A DNA stretch of 64,000 nucleotides from a candidate division FCPU426 bacterium (GCA_963719085.1 CAVRAL010000004.1:192001-256000), one strand, 5' to 3'; positions 27,716 through 38,210 are shown, counted from the stretch's first letter. Numbers and translations are program-made. Notes: generated from the letters alone by a model not told the origin.

Positions 27716-29992
27716 TTATTTCACCGGCATCGGCGCGGCCGAGGGGGCCGTAGGCATATTGGCCACGTAGCTATGGACCGCCTCGAGAAACAATTGGGCC
27801 TCTTCGACCCGGTGATGCGCCTCATCGGCATTGGCGTTGGGCAGACGGTTGTCGTGAGCCTTGAACAGATAGGCCGCGAACTGGGTGTTGTTCACGTGCT
27901 TCACGAAATCACCCGTGTCGAAAAAAAACTTCTTAAAATCAGCCACGGTCTGGTCGGCTTTACCCGTGTATTCCCGGTCCCGGGTGCGCAAGACCGCTTC
28001 CGCCGAGTGGATAAAGGACTGGTAGGCCAGATCCACGGCGCCCGACAGGTTTTGTTTTTCCAGTTCCACTTGGGCCTCAAACACCTTGCTTTCGGCGGCG
28101 GTCAGGGAAAATTCATAAGGACTCACCACTTCCCCGGCGCATTCCCCCTTTCCGATATCGGCGATGGTGTATTCGCGCGGGTCCGCCCAATCGGTGTAAA
28201 GATCCGGGTCAAAATCATGGGCCGGAATCACCGTCAGGTCTTGAAGCAAATTCTTAATCTCCACCTTACCCAACCGGCGCACAAAGGCTTGGAAGCTCTC
28301 GTCCTTTTGGCGTTCTTTGGAAAATTTTTGGGTCAAGCGCTCGATGGCTTCCGGAATCCGTTTGGAGGGGACCGCCGCCACGGCCAAGCCGTAGGCTTCG
28401 CCGTTGTTTTTACGCTGACCGCCGATGACCAATTGGAAATGCGGCACCGCGTAAGAACCCGACTTGCGGGACACGCCGTAAAATCCTAAGTCCGACACGT
28501 GATGCTGGCTGCAGGAATTGGGGCAACCGCTGACCTTGATCCGAAGACTCTTCACTTCCTCCGGCATCGAGGCGGCTTTGGCGTCCAGTTCCACCATCAG
28601 CTCGCGGGAAAGCCCGCGGGAAGCCGAGATCCCCAGCTTGCAGGTATCGGTGCCCGGGCAGGAAGTGATATCCGTGATGGTCCCGAACCCGGCGGCGTTT
28701 AAGCCCACCGTGGCCAGTTCCTCATAAATCGCCGGAAGATCGGCCTCGGGAATCCAACGGAAAGCCAGGTTTTGCTCCACGGTCGTGCGGACGCTTTCTT
28801 TTGTATATTTACGGGCGATGCCGGCCATCACCCGCATTTGGGCCGCGGTCAGGTCGCCCAAAGGCGCCTTCACGTAAACCACCACATAACCGTATTGGGG
28901 CTGGGGATAAACGTTGGTCTTGCGCCATTCCAAAAAACCCTTGGGATAAGAGGTGGCCTTCAAAGCCGTGGCGGGCTGGGAGGGTTTTTCCACTTCCTTG
29001 AGCGATTGTTGGATAAGGCCGGTCCAGCGCGGATCCGGGGTCAATACTTTCAGTTCCTCGTCGATCAAACGGCGGAACTCGTCGATGCCGAGCTTCGCCA
29101 CCAAAAACTTAATCCGGGCCATGCCTCGGATTTTTTTCTCGCCCAACCGGCCATAAACCCGGGCCACGGCCTGGGACACCGGAAGCATGTCTTCCACGGG
29201 ACGGTTCTCATAGAGAAGCTTGGCGTTATAAGGTACGGGGCCTAAGCCGCCGCCCACATAAATATCAAAAGCGTGTTTTTCTTGGCCGTTGACCGTGATC
29301 TTTTTGGCGATGAAACCCATGTCATGCATGTTGACGAGACCGCAGGCTTCTCCCGCGCAGCCCGAGAAGGCCGGCTTGAACTTACGGCCGAAATCCTGGG
29401 CGTCCGGATGGCCCAGCATGAATTTAAAAAAGGCGCGGGCATAGGGAGTAACGTCAAAGGCTTCCGTGCGGCAGACCCCGGCGATGGGGCAGGCGGTAAT
29501 ATTACGCACCGAGTTCCCACAGGCTTCCCGGGTGGTGATGCCCACCGCGGCCAGACGGCGCATGATGTCCGGCGCGTCTTCTATATGGATGAAATGCAGT
29601 TGGATGGCCTGACGGGTCGTGATATGGCTGATGCCGTCGGAGTATTCCTCGGACAGATCGGCCATGGTTTCCATCTGGGCGGCGTTGATGCCTCCCCAAG
29701 GAAACTTAATGCGAAGCATTCCGGGAGCGTCCCAATAGGTGTCGGGGCCTTTCCAGACGCCTTGGGTGGGGAAAGCCAGTTTTCGCACTTGCTTGCCGTC
29801 GTTGCGGTGGCCGTTGTCATAGCGTTGGCCGTAGGCGCCCCGGCGCAGGCGGGTTTCGGCGAAAATCCGGGGCTCAATCTTGCCCTGCTTGTTCAGCTGG
29901 ATTTGGGCCTCAAACTCATCCAGTTCCTTCGCCCAATCCGGCGGCATCACGTCTTGCAGGAGACTTTTCCAGGTTTTCGTCGGCTCGGTCAT
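27716..29992 (-). CDS. Ferredoxin-type sulfite/nitrite reductase (siroheme-4Fe4S) with C-terminal helical extension
   Basis: HITTRQ..QLH, ACGNSVRN, CPGTDTCKLG and SGCPNSCSQH. ATG at 29992. Confidence 0.92.
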   Translation of the reverse strand: MTEPTKTWKSLLQDVMPPDWAKELDEFEAQIQLNKQGKIEPRIFAETRLRRGAYGQRYDNGHRNDGKQVRKLAFPTQGVWKGPDTYWDAPGMLRIKFPWGGINAAQMETMADLSEEYSDGISHITTRQAIQLHFIHIEDAPDIMRRLAAVGITTREACGNSVRNITACPIAGVCRTEAFDVTPYARAFFKFMLGHPDAQDFGRKFKPAFSGCAGEACGLVNMHDMGFIAKKITVNGQEKHAFDIYVGGGLGPVPYNAKLLYENRPVEDMLPVSQAVARVYGRLGEKKIRGMARIKFLVAKLGIDEFRRLIDEELKVLTPDPRWTGLIQQSLKEVEKPSQPATALKATSYPKGFLEWRKTNVYPQPQYGYVVVYVKAPLGDLTAAQMRVMAGIARKYTKESVRTTVEQNLAFRWIPEADLPAIYEELATVGLNAAGFGTITDITSCPGTDTCKLGISASRGLSRELMVELDAKAASMPEEVKSLRIKVSGCPNSCSQHHVSDLGFYGVSRKSGSYAVPHFQLVIGGQRKNNGEAYGLAVAAVPSKRIPEAIERLTQKFSKERQKDESFQAFVRRLGKVEIKNLLQDLTVIPAHDFDPDLYTDWADPREYTIADIGKGECAGEVVSPYEFSLTAAESKVFEAQVELEKQNLSGAVDLAYQSFIHSAEAVLRTRDREYTGKADQTVADFKKFFFDTGDFVKHVNNTQFAAYLFKAHDNRLPNANADEAHHRVEEAQLFLEAVHSYVANMPTAPSAAPMPVK

Positions 29993-30089
29993 GCCAAAAC
30001 CCCTTTTTACGCGCTTGTTTAAGAAATTGATCCACTGGCCCCGTTGTCGGGTGATTGCGGGAGTAAACCGTACAGTAATAGAAGCTGTT

Positions 30090-30308
30090 TTAAAAATCAA
30101 TAAAGCAATTGGAAACCCAGGACCGCTTAAACCGGGCCGGAAACCGCGCGATCCCGACCCCGCCAAACCTTCGTTTCCACGCCGCGCTCATCCGCTCGGA
30201 TTGAAGCCCCGCCAATTCCTCGTCTTTTTGATAAGCGGCAAAGAATTCTTCGGCGGGAAAAACCACCCAATGGATCTCGGTCAAAACCTTTTCTTCGTTG
30301 GTTTCCAT
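30090..30308 (-). CDS. Small hypothetical protein
   Basis: ATG follows GAGAAGG and the ORF fills an intergenic gap. No recognisable motif. Confidence 0.4.
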   Translation of the reverse strand: METNEEKVLTEIHWVVFPAEEFFAAYQKDEELAGLQSERMSAAWKRRFGGVGIARFPARFKRSWVSNCFIDF

Positions 30309-30437
30309 GGCCTTCTCAATCCGTCCCCCCTAGCGGGCCATGATCCGCGCGGCTTTTCGCTCTATTCCCTGAAAAGATCGGTCTTGACCCGGGACAAGGT
30401 TAGAACGGCGACTAAGACAAACGGAGTTTTAACCGAT

Positions 30438-30995
30438 CTAACGCTTCTTCCATTCGGCGTAGCGGCGGCCCATTTGGGCCAAGTGATGGTCCAGATGCCA
30501 AATATTCAGCCCTACTAGATATTCCAAAGAAAGCGTTCCCCATTCGGGATGCTTGACCTTTCCCCGCCAAGCCTTCGTCCCCACCCGTTTGAGAAGATCC
30601 GCGTTGGCGTCGCGCAAAAGAACGATCAGGGCCCGGGCCTGAACCGGGTTCGCCTTGGAATAAAGAAGTCCTCGGCTCCACTTTTCTTGGTCATAGGGAG
30701 AGACGATTTGTCCCCGCTCCGCCACCGCCCGGCGCAGACGGACATAAAGATTGGCTTCCTGATCCGCCAAATGCCACAAGACCTGGGTGATGGTCCAGTT
30801 TCCTTTTAGACGGGTATAGCGCCACATGCCTTGGGGAAATTTTTTAAGCGTAGCCGTCAACCGTTTGGACCCTTGGGCGAAAGCCGCCAATTTTTTAGCC
30901 CGGGTCCAGCCCTGGACCTTTTCTTTCATGGCGGCCAGTTCTTGTTCCAAAAGTTTCGAGCCCCGCAAGGCGGCGGGAGACGGCAAGGGTTTCAT
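30438..30995 (-). CDS. DinB/YfiT family protein
   Basis: WTITQVLWHLAD.E, YDQEKW, HPEWG and WHLDHHLAQ. Confidence 0.87.
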   Translation of the reverse strand: MKPLPSPAALRGSKLLEQELAAMKEKVQGWTRAKKLAAFAQGSKRLTATLKKFPQGMWRYTRLKGNWTITQVLWHLADQEANLYVRLRRAVAERGQIVSPYDQEKWSRGLLYSKANPVQARALIVLLRDANADLLKRVGTKAWRGKVKHPEWGTLSLEYLVGLNIWHLDHHLAQMGRRYAEWKKR

Positions 30996-31110
30996 GATTT
31001 CTCCTCAAGGGATAAATGGAGGGTCCATGATAGAAAAATCCAGGTTGAAAGAAAAGACGCCCTCCGCGCGGACACTTAACCGCGGGCGGGCGTCCGATTT
31101 CCTCAAATAC

Positions 31111-31608
31111 TTACATATGGCTGGGTACGGTCGGCCCCTCATTGAGGCTCAAGAGGGTAAAGTTCAAATAAGACTCGAACAGAACCCAAACCATGACCGG
31201 AGCCAATAAGAAAAAGGCCGTGATCGTCAGGTAAGAAAAAGAAACGACCGTTCCCAAAACAAACATCCATAAAACCAGCAGCTCAACAAAAGCCACGAAA
31301 GGATGTTTGAGTTTGAAAAAGAAAAGAGGCCAAAGCGCGCTTAAAATCAATTGAAAGGCGAAGACCACCAGCGCGATGGTTCGGCCATGGGTCGCGGCAG
31401 GCATGCGCCAAACCAGGTAAAGCGCGCATCCCATCAGGGCATAGACGCCTGCCCAGGCCCATTCAAAGACAACGCCAGGCGGTTGAAGGACCGATTTGCG
31501 CAGGCCTTTGTACCAAGAGCTGGAAGTGAACTGGGTGAAGAGGCCTGTCGCGCCGGCGGCTTCACAAATTAAAACACAGGCGATAAGAACTAAAAAATTA
31601 AAGTGCAT
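31111..31608 (-). CDS. tspO: TspO/MBR tryptophan-rich sensory protein
   Basis: WYKGLRK...PP..VF..AW, QL.L..LW..FF and WV.F...LN. Confidence 0.88.
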   Translation of the reverse strand: MHFNFLVLIACVLICEAAGATGLFTQFTSSSWYKGLRKSVLQPPGVVFEWAWAGVYALMGCALYLVWRMPAATHGRTIALVVFAFQLILSALWPLFFFKLKHPFVAFVELLVLWMFVLGTVVSFSYLTITAFFLLAPVMVWVLFESYLNFTLLSLNEGPTVPSHM

Positions 31609-31826
31609 GAGGGACCTCCCGGAACAAAGAAGAAAACACCGGAAGCCGTTGAAGTCCCAAGGGCCTTGGGGGAACCCACGCCCCTACTCTCGGCTTCACC
31701 CTTAGCCTCCGCCTATTCTCAACTGGTTTCAAGGTCTGGGGGGCGCGCGGAAAGTAATGGGTTACCCTTGGATAATTGAGTGATCGGAATTGACCCCCTG
31801 TCGGTCTTTTCCCTCTCAAAATGAGA

Positions 31827-31857
31827 AAGCCCATTTCCCGTTACAGGAAATGGGCTT
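31827..31857 (-). terminator. Terminator-like hairpin after the NmrA-like gene
   Basis: AAGCCCATTTCC-7 nt-GGAAATGGGCTT, followed by only a short U-run on the minus strand. Confidence 0.6.
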
Positions 31858-31874
31858 GGGGCTTCAGCGCTTTT

Positions 31875-32774
31875 TCAGCCTTGAGCGAACACCGCCGCGA
31901 AAGTCTTGGCGAATTCCTCGATCGTCGTCTTGCCCCGGCGCTCGGCCGTGAATTCTTGGGTTGAATGAATCTTCCCGGCCATTCCGCCTGCGTACATCTC
32001 GATCATCAAGTCCGCCGTGCCCGGCTTCATGCCGCTTTGAAGCATGCCCTTCTTGATGTCATCCAAGGGTGTTTGGACATATTTCAAGTCCGGCTTGCCG
32101 ATGGCCGCGCCCAAAGCCTTCGTCACCTCAACCATGCTGTATTCCCTGGGACCGGTGAAGTCAAAAACCTGGTGGCCCTGGAATGAAAGCGAGTCCAAAA
32201 ACTCGACAATCTTCCCCGCGATGTCCTTCGTGGCGACCGTAGGCATGGGATAGTCCCCCGGGAAAGCGCCGCCGTTGATTCCATAAGCCTTGATGACTGG
32301 AATGCCGAAGAAATTATTTTCCATGAAGGAGGTGGGCCGAAGGTTGACCAAGTTGAGGCTGGTCAGCTTCGCCAAACGCTGTTCCTGCCGGTAGAGGCCC
32401 GTAATGGGGCCCGTGCCCGAAGGCTGTTCGGCGCCGACCGAACTAAGGTTCACCGCGTATTTCACGCCCGAATCCGTCAAGGCTTTGAGGGCCGCTTCCC
32501 CGGCCCGATCCTGGGCCGCCGAAAGCGACTCATCCTCATAAGAGGGCGGGGTCATCGTGAAAACGCCGTCCACGCCCTTGAAAGCGCCGGTCAAGGCCGC
32601 CGCGTCATCGAAAGCCGTTTTGACGATCTCCGCGCCTTTGGCTTTCAGCGCCGCCAGCTTTTTTTCGTTCCGTCCCAGGGCCTTCACCGCGTGGCCCTTC
32701 TCCAATAATTGTTCCACCACCACTTTGCCGATATGGCCGGTAGCTCCCATCACCGCGTAAGTCTTCTTGGACAT
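31875..32774 (-). CDS. NmrA-like atypical SDR, NAD(P)H-binding
   Basis: GATGHIG, LSSVGA, LRPTSFMEN and VATKDIA. Confidence 0.9.
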   Translation of the reverse strand: MSKKTYAVMGATGHIGKVVVEQLLEKGHAVKALGRNEKKLAALKAKGAEIVKTAFDDAAALTGAFKGVDGVFTMTPPSYEDESLSAAQDRAGEAALKALTDSGVKYAVNLSSVGAEQPSGTGPITGLYRQEQRLAKLTSLNLVNLRPTSFMENNFFGIPVIKAYGINGGAFPGDYPMPTVATKDIAGKIVEFLDSLSFQGHQVFDFTGPREYSMVEVTKALGAAIGKPDLKYVQTPLDDIKKGMLQSGMKPGTADLMIEMYAGGMAGKIHSTQEFTAERRGKTTIEEFAKTFAAVFAQG

Positions 32775-32900
32775 AACCGCCTCCTGTTTTTAAGTCGGGA
32801 CTAATTTGTCGCATTCGGTTTTAGATAGCAAGCCGGGAAGGCGAATGGGGGGTTAATTTGAGGTAACCCAAAAGAAACCAGCCCTTTTTATCAGGGCTTA

Positions 32901-33593
32901 TCAAGGATTGGACAAAGACTCCGTGTCCTCGTCCACCGCGGTCACCAGACAAGCCGAACTGGCGCCGCCGCTGAAAGCGCCCAAAACAGTTCGTTCGCAG
33001 GAAACCTCAATCTGATAGGAACCCAAAGTCGAAATATCATCCGCCGGAGGGGTCCAGGGCGACGTCAGGTTGGCGAGAAACCGGTAAACCAATTCGGAAT
33101 TTTGTTTCGTGATGACGGCCACATTTAAATTGCCCGGATAATCCCAGGTTATCGGCAAATCGGAAACATGGCCGGGGATCCGAATGCCTCCGGGCGCCGT
33201 CACCGACGCGGAATACTGACCGCCCCCCCAGGCCACTTCAAAAACATAAACTTGGCCGGGATAATAGCTCCAACGGCTGCTATTTTTATCCTCATAAATT
33301 CCACGGCCATCACCCGCCAAAGGGATTCCGGGGACGCCGGGAACCGTCAGGGTGACGGCGGCGTCCGGAACCTCGGTGCCTTGATTAATAACCGTGACCG
33401 ACGCCGAAAGACTATCGAGGACCCCTTTGACGCTCTGGCGGTCAAGCACGGCGGTAATCGCCAGTCCGTTTGATCCCGAACGATCGCTGGAACCGGACGA
33501 GCCTCCCGAACAGCCGGATAAAGCCGGCCCCATCAGCAAAATCCAAATAAAAAATAATGGAAGGGGTTTCAATAAGCACCTCGTTGGAAACAA
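32901..33593 (-). CDS. Hypothetical lipoprotein, beta-rich (start uncertain)
   Basis: Lipobox ALSG-C followed by a Ser/Gly linker. Confidence 0.7.
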   Translation of the reverse strand: MFPTRCLLKPLPLFFIWILLMGPALSGCSGGSSGSSDRSGSNGLAITAVLDRQSVKGVLDSLSASVTVINQGTEVPDAAVTLTVPGVPGIPLAGDGRGIYEDKNSSRWSYYPGQVYVFEVAWGGGQYSASVTAPGGIRIPGHVSDLPITWDYPGNLNVAVITKQNSELVYRFLANLTSPWTPPADDISTLGSYQIEVSCERTVLGAFSGGASSACLVTAVDEDTESLSNP

Positions 33594-33647
33594 CGGTTAA
33601 AAGCTGTTTAGGCAGCCCTAAAATAAACCGACCCGGTTCAATTGAAA

Positions 33648-34610
33648 TTATCCCCAGGGTAGCGGAAAAAGGCATAAGGCCAAAGTCGCGAAAGCCGCGG
33701 CCGCGCCTAAAAACCCCTCAACTCCGTACCACCAATTGTAAGATGGGTTTTGAAATTGAACGGGCTTCAACCAAAGGCCCAGAAAAAAGCCGGTCAAAAA
33801 TCCGCCCACATGGGCGATGTTGTTGGCCCCGATAAAAAAACCAAACATCACCGTATAAACCGCCCACTTGACCATTTGATCTCGGACCGCCCGGCCCAAA
33901 CCCGAGCCGTCTTTATGTCCCCAGCCGCCGGCCAAACCGATCAGTCCCATCAGGGCGCCGGAAGCGCCGATGGAAACCACGTTGCCGCCGAAGCATTGGT
34001 ATCCCACATTGGCCAAGACGCCGGTCACCATGAAATAAAAAAGCATGCGCCGTTTCCCGAAAATTTGCTCCACCCAAGGCCCGATCTGAAGCAGGGCCAT
34101 GACGTTGAAGGCGATATGAAAAAGGCCCGCGTGTAGGAAAACCGCGGTGAACAGCCGCCACCACTCACCCTGGGCCACGAAGGGCGGATAATGCGCCCCG
34201 AACCGGACCAGCCCCTCCGCGGTAAAAGAAAGAAGCGTGCCGGTGCCGGGAGTGAGGAGCATGCGGATATAGATAAGAAGAAGGGCGAAGGCGATCAGCG
34301 AACTGGCGGATTCAAAATGAGGGAACCGCAAACCCAACCGCCGCACGATTTCAATCCAACGGGGCGAGAGCGAGCGGCCGCAGGCCACACAGCTGGAGCG
34401 GCCTTGATCTTGGAGCGTGCCGCAATAGGGACAAATTTTATGGGCGTAACGCACGTGTTCCACCGTGGTTTGGGCCTGGTTCTTTTGGCGGCGGGCCGAT
34501 TCCCGCCAAGCCATCAATTTCCAGCGGGTGCGGACCGGGTTCATTCCGATCCAGCCCGAAAGTTTGGCTAATATTTCAATCCAGTCCAAAGGCGTTCGCG
34601 GGTCGGTCAT
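33648..34610 (-). CDS. Rhomboid intramembrane serine protease with N-terminal zinc ribbon
   Basis: WWRL, FLH..LFHIAFN, GASG and AHVGG, plus CPYCG/CVACG. Confidence 0.92.
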   Translation of the reverse strand: MTDPRTPLDWIEILAKLSGWIGMNPVRTRWKLMAWRESARRQKNQAQTTVEHVRYAHKICPYCGTLQDQGRSSCVACGRSLSPRWIEIVRRLGLRFPHFESASSLIAFALLLIYIRMLLTPGTGTLLSFTAEGLVRFGAHYPPFVAQGEWWRLFTAVFLHAGLFHIAFNVMALLQIGPWVEQIFGKRRMLFYFMVTGVLANVGYQCFGGNVVSIGASGALMGLIGLAGGWGHKDGSGLGRAVRDQMVKWAVYTVMFGFFIGANNIAHVGGFLTGFFLGLWLKPVQFQNPSYNWWYGVEGFLGAAAAFATLALCLFPLPWG

Positions 34611-34704
34611 GGCACCAAGCTAAACGAAAATGGCGGCGTTTTCCACGTTTCCTTGCTTTTAACCCAACCGGGTTTGAAAAAGAAAGAACTTCTTTTTCCG
34701 TCTT

Positions 34705-35172
34705 TCAGCGGGCCTTGCGCCCGATGATTTTCCGGCCTACCAAAATATGCAAAATCAAAAGAAAAGGCAAAGCCAGCCCGATGATCCAATGGGCCAGGCT
34801 GGTGATTTTTCTTAAATTCTCATCGCCGAAATAATAAAGACCCCAGCCGGTCAGAACCAGAAAAAACGCGACGGATAAGAGGCTCAGACCCAGGACCCGG
34901 TTGCGTTTGAGCAATAGTCCCCGGCGCACATGGACCAGAAGCGAACCGAGGAACCACAAAAAGACGAAAGCCAGGGCCCCATGGATTTCCATCAGAATCG
35001 GCGACCACTTTTCACAGGCGTCGCTCGAGGCCGGAGAATCGGAAAAACCCCGGATCATCAGCCACAACAATCCGGAGAACCAAATGAGGAAAACCACGGC
35101 GTAAAAGGCGCGCCGGTGCGGCGTTTCCAAGCGGACCTTCTCGCGGAATTCCAAATGGGACGACCCGCTCAT
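34705..35172 (-). CDS. Four-TM membrane protein with four His; putative di-heme cytochrome b (DUF4405-like)
   Basis: His in EIHG, VHVRR, LAHW and ILHI, paired on TM2 and TM4. ATGA-type coupling to apbE. Confidence 0.75.
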   Translation of the reverse strand: MSGSSHLEFREKVRLETPHRRAFYAVVFLIWFSGLLWLMIRGFSDSPASSDACEKWSPILMEIHGALAFVFLWFLGSLLVHVRRGLLLKRNRVLGLSLLSVAFFLVLTGWGLYYFGDENLRKITSLAHWIIGLALPFLLILHILVGRKIIGRKAR

Positions 35173-36107
35173 AGGCCCGGCTTGGTCAAACGGGAAAGCG
35201 GCGCGGATAAATTCCCCCCGTTCCAATCCCGGAACCCTTGATCGTCCACCGCCATATAGGCCGCGGCGTTGAAATGGTCCAATGTCTTTTGGGCGACTAT
35301 CGCCGGCCCCAACAGCACCACCTTGGTCAAGGCGTCCGCCAACGCGCATTGGCCGGCCGCCACCGTGACCCCCGGAAAAACTTTCCGCAAGCGGCCGCTT
35401 CCCGGTTTCACGATCGGCGTCGCGGGGCCTTCCTGGGATTCCCGCTGGGCTTCCCGGCCGCCCGAGGAGGCGAAGGCGCCTTCTTTGGATAAGCCCTTGG
35501 GCCAGAAACGGTCCGGTTGAAAAGGATCCCGAAGCCAAATTTCCTGGGGCTTGCGAGTCTTGATCCGAAGATCGCCCCCGGCGTTGATGACCACATCGCT
35601 CACGCCGTCTATTTCAAGCGCCGCTTCCATCGCGCGGTCCACGGCGTAGCCCTTGGCGATTCCGCCCAGGTCCACCCGGCAAGGACGCCTTAGGACCAAT
35701 CGTGAGTCGGGCAAAAGCTCAATATCGGTGTACCGGGCCCGGGTGAAATAACCATCGCCCGAATGAAATCCCGCCGGGGACAAAAATCCTTTTTGGGATA
35801 ATTTTCCGCCGACGGTCACGTCAAAAACGCCGCCCGAAAGCCAGGAAATTTTCTCGCCCAAGCTCAGCACGTCATAAATCCAAGGATCAACCGCCAGGGG
35901 CTGAAAAGCTTCTTGGCGGGCGATGCGCCCCACGTCGCTCGTTGGCTCATGCGCGCTCATCAAACGCTGGACCTTGGCGACGGCCTGAAAAGCCGCGTCA
36001 ATGGCTTGGTTGGAAATCTCCGGCGCCGGGCTTTTCACGGCCACGATCACCCAAGTTCCCAGTAAGGGCTTCGCCCTTTTAAGATAGGCGGTTTTTGATG
36101 GTTTCAT
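35169..36107 (-). CDS. apbE: FAD:protein FMN transferase ApbE
   Basis: LLGT.V, S...PTSD, G.FDVTVG, DLGGIAKGYAVD, NAGGD and ADALTK. Confidence 0.93.
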   Translation of the reverse strand: MKPSKTAYLKRAKPLLGTWVIVAVKSPAPEISNQAIDAAFQAVAKVQRLMSAHEPTSDVGRIARQEAFQPLAVDPWIYDVLSLGEKISWLSGGVFDVTVGGKLSQKGFLSPAGFHSGDGYFTRARYTDIELLPDSRLVLRRPCRVDLGGIAKGYAVDRAMEAALEIDGVSDVVINAGGDLRIKTRKPQEIWLRDPFQPDRFWPKGLSKEGAFASSGGREAQRESQEGPATPIVKPGSGRLRKVFPGVTVAAGQCALADALTKVVLLGPAIVAQKTLDHFNAAAYMAVDDQGFRDWNGGNLSAPLSRLTKPGL

Positions 36108-36609
36108 AAGTCTCGATCAACCTTTTCACCCCGCGGGTCACGTGGGTGGAGGAGAGGGTCGCCCCGCTGTAATTTTTGATGTCCTTGCCGACCGTCAATG
36201 GATCGCCCGCGCCCTTGCCCGTAAATTGCGCCCGCCAGGACTTTTCCATCACTTGTTTGCCGAAAGTTTCTTTGTATTCCAAAATTTCAACATCTTTGAC
36301 CTTGCCATCCGCCGTCAAACCAAGGGCATAGGTGATGAAATCGTGTTTGCCCACGACTTGATCCACGAACATCCATCCGCCACCGGACAGGCTCCACAGC
36401 CGGAGGTTTTTATCATCCACGGGTTCGCCCGAACCTTTTTGAATCTGGTCCACTTCCCCCTGGGTCAAGGTGACCGGCAAGGCCGCCGCCTTTTCTCCCG
36501 GGAACATCAGCGCCAAAGTCTGGTCGGCCGTCAAATAGACTTCCGCGTGGGCCACTTGGACCGCCGCCGGCGCGCTGAGCGCGGTCAACCAAAGGTATGA
36601 TTTTTTCAT
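36079..36609 (-). CDS. Secreted FMN-binding (flavinylated) protein
   Basis: Signal peptide, EILEYKE..G, WRAQFTGK and the flavinylation motif SGATLSS. Confidence 0.9.
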   Translation of the reverse strand: MKKSYLWLTALSAPAAVQVAHAEVYLTADQTLALMFPGEKAAALPVTLTQGEVDQIQKGSGEPVDDKNLRLWSLSGGGWMFVDQVVGKHDFITYALGLTADGKVKDVEILEYKETFGKQVMEKSWRAQFTGKGAGDPLTVGKDIKNYSGATLSSTHVTRGVKRLIETYETIKNRLS

Positions 36610-36676
36610 TCGAACAACTCCCAAACAAATTAGGCCGCCGGCGCGGTTTTAAGCCGTGCCGGCAAACCATCCAACC

Positions 36677-37618
36677 TTACATCGGAATCCCAAGCTTCAA
36701 TGTGGTGATTAAATCCTCATGCGAGCGTAAAAATTCCCCGTTGCCGATGAACACGCCGCTCTCATCGATTCCATTCGGAACCCCATAAACTTGTTTCAAC
36801 ACGCCCAAGGTCAGCCAAAAGCCTTCCCCGCCATAATGCACATCCGGCCCCACCCAAAAAACAGAATGTTCCAGATGCCAAAAATCGCCGTATTCATTGT
36901 GGTTATGCATTTCCAACCCGGCGAAAAAATCCGGCGCGAAACGATAGCTGATTCCAAAGTCATTATTGAAGTCCAACTCACCCTGCCAGCCTTGCACATC
37001 CGTATCGGGACCCGCTTGATTCCGAGCGATATCCCCGAAGCGAAGGAACTCAAATTCAGCCGTGGCGTTATAAGCCAAGACCAACTTGTCCTCGAGGAAA
37101 TTCTTTTGAATGAGGACTTTATACTCCGTCTCCGACGAAGGGGCGTAAGGAAGCCCGTTGTGCATGTCCGTGAAGTCAATTTCCGGCTCCATATAAAGGG
37201 CCACACCGACGCCGTCCTGGTAAGGGCTGAAAAGACGATAGACCAGCTCAAACGAAAGGCTTTGCAGAAAGGTGGCGTGATTGGTGAAGGTCGGGGTTCC
37301 CGGAACCACGTCCCCGTCGCCGCCCAGGGCGTCGTCATCCAAGGTGTTCACCGCGTCCAGATGCTCGGTATTGATGTAAAAAGCTCCCTGGAAGTTATCC
37401 GTGATGCCGTATTCCAGCTCGGTGCTGAAATCCCAAGCCGAATAACTGCCTGAAGCCCGTCCGTTTCGGTTGCGGATGAGCTGCTCAAACTCAAAATGGC
37501 CCGCCGGGGTGGTGTCCGTGGTGTAGGTATAACTGAACAAACCTTCCCCCGCCGCCGCCGGCAAAACCGATCCCGCTAAAAACAAAACCGCGTACAAAAC
37601 TTTTGAAAACCGTTTCAT
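36677..37618 (-). CDS. DUF6662-like outer-membrane beta-barrel protein, paralog 2
   Basis: Signal peptide, GEGLFSYTYTTDT.P.G..EFEQ, ELEYGITD, DGVGVALYMEP, IQKNFLEDKL and GPDVHYGG. Confidence 0.8.
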   Translation of the reverse strand: MKRFSKVLYAVLFLAGSVLPAAAGEGLFSYTYTTDTTPAGHFEFEQLIRNRNGRASGSYSAWDFSTELEYGITDNFQGAFYINTEHLDAVNTLDDDALGGDGDVVPGTPTFTNHATFLQSLSFELVYRLFSPYQDGVGVALYMEPEIDFTDMHNGLPYAPSSETEYKVLIQKNFLEDKLVLAYNATAEFEFLRFGDIARNQAGPDTDVQGWQGELDFNNDFGISYRFAPDFFAGLEMHNHNEYGDFWHLEHSVFWVGPDVHYGGEGFWLTLGVLKQVYGVPNGIDESGVFIGNGEFLRSHEDLITTLKLGIPM

Positions 37619-37770
37619 CCTCATTCCTCGTTTCATCTGAAATTAAAATCGAGGGTTTTAAACGGCCTGAGGACGAAAAGTCCCTGAAGCCTCCCGTCCT
37701 TGGCCCGGGCATGGAAACCATGAACCCGATTCAAAACCGCCCGCTCGCGTCAATGCTTTTAAATTAAATG

Positions 37771-37796
37771 GGCTGGCTTCCCTAGGGGTGGCTGGC
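37771..37796 (-). promoter_or_regulatory. CCAGCC-hairpin-GCCAGCC leader motif (putative HmuP/HemP-responsive element), copy 2
   Basis: Minus strand GCCAGCCACCCCTAGGGAAGCCAGCC, matching 39040-39066. Confidence 0.55.
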
Positions 37797-37823
37797 TTTT
37801 ATCCGCATCCATCAAACAAAAAC

Positions 37824-38192
37824 TTAATCGGCCGCGCCGTCCTTTTTAAGGGTCGAGGCCAGCAGATAGTGAAGAATGGAGTCTTTTGTCATGTCATCGA
37901 TCTTGGCTTTTTTTTGCATCTTCACCATGACCTTTTGCCATTCGTCCGGCGAAAGCTCCGAAGCGTCATGCAGATCATGGCAGGCCGCGCAATTTTGGAC
38001 ATAGGCGGTCCGGCCTTGCTGTAAATCAGCCAGGGTCGTCCCGGGCCATTGGCTATCCGCCCGGGAAACCGTCGTTGAGTCCGGAATCGGAACCCCGCCT
38101 CCGGTCGTGGCGCAGCCCAGGGGCAGGGCCCCCAGGGTTAACAGCGCCCCCAGACGCCAAGCCTGGTTGAGTTTTGTCCGGAGATTTTTCAT
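37824..38192 (-). CDS. Monoheme c-type cytochrome lipoprotein
   Basis: Lipobox LPLG-C, heme motif CAACH, and W..VMVKM supplying a candidate axial Met. Confidence 0.88.
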   Translation of the reverse strand: MKNLRTKLNQAWRLGALLTLGALPLGCATTGGGVPIPDSTTVSRADSQWPGTTLADLQQGRTAYVQNCAACHDLHDASELSPDEWQKVMVKMQKKAKIDDMTKDSILHYLLASTLKKDGAAD

Positions 38193-38210
38193 CGGGGTTC
38201 CTTTCGTCGT

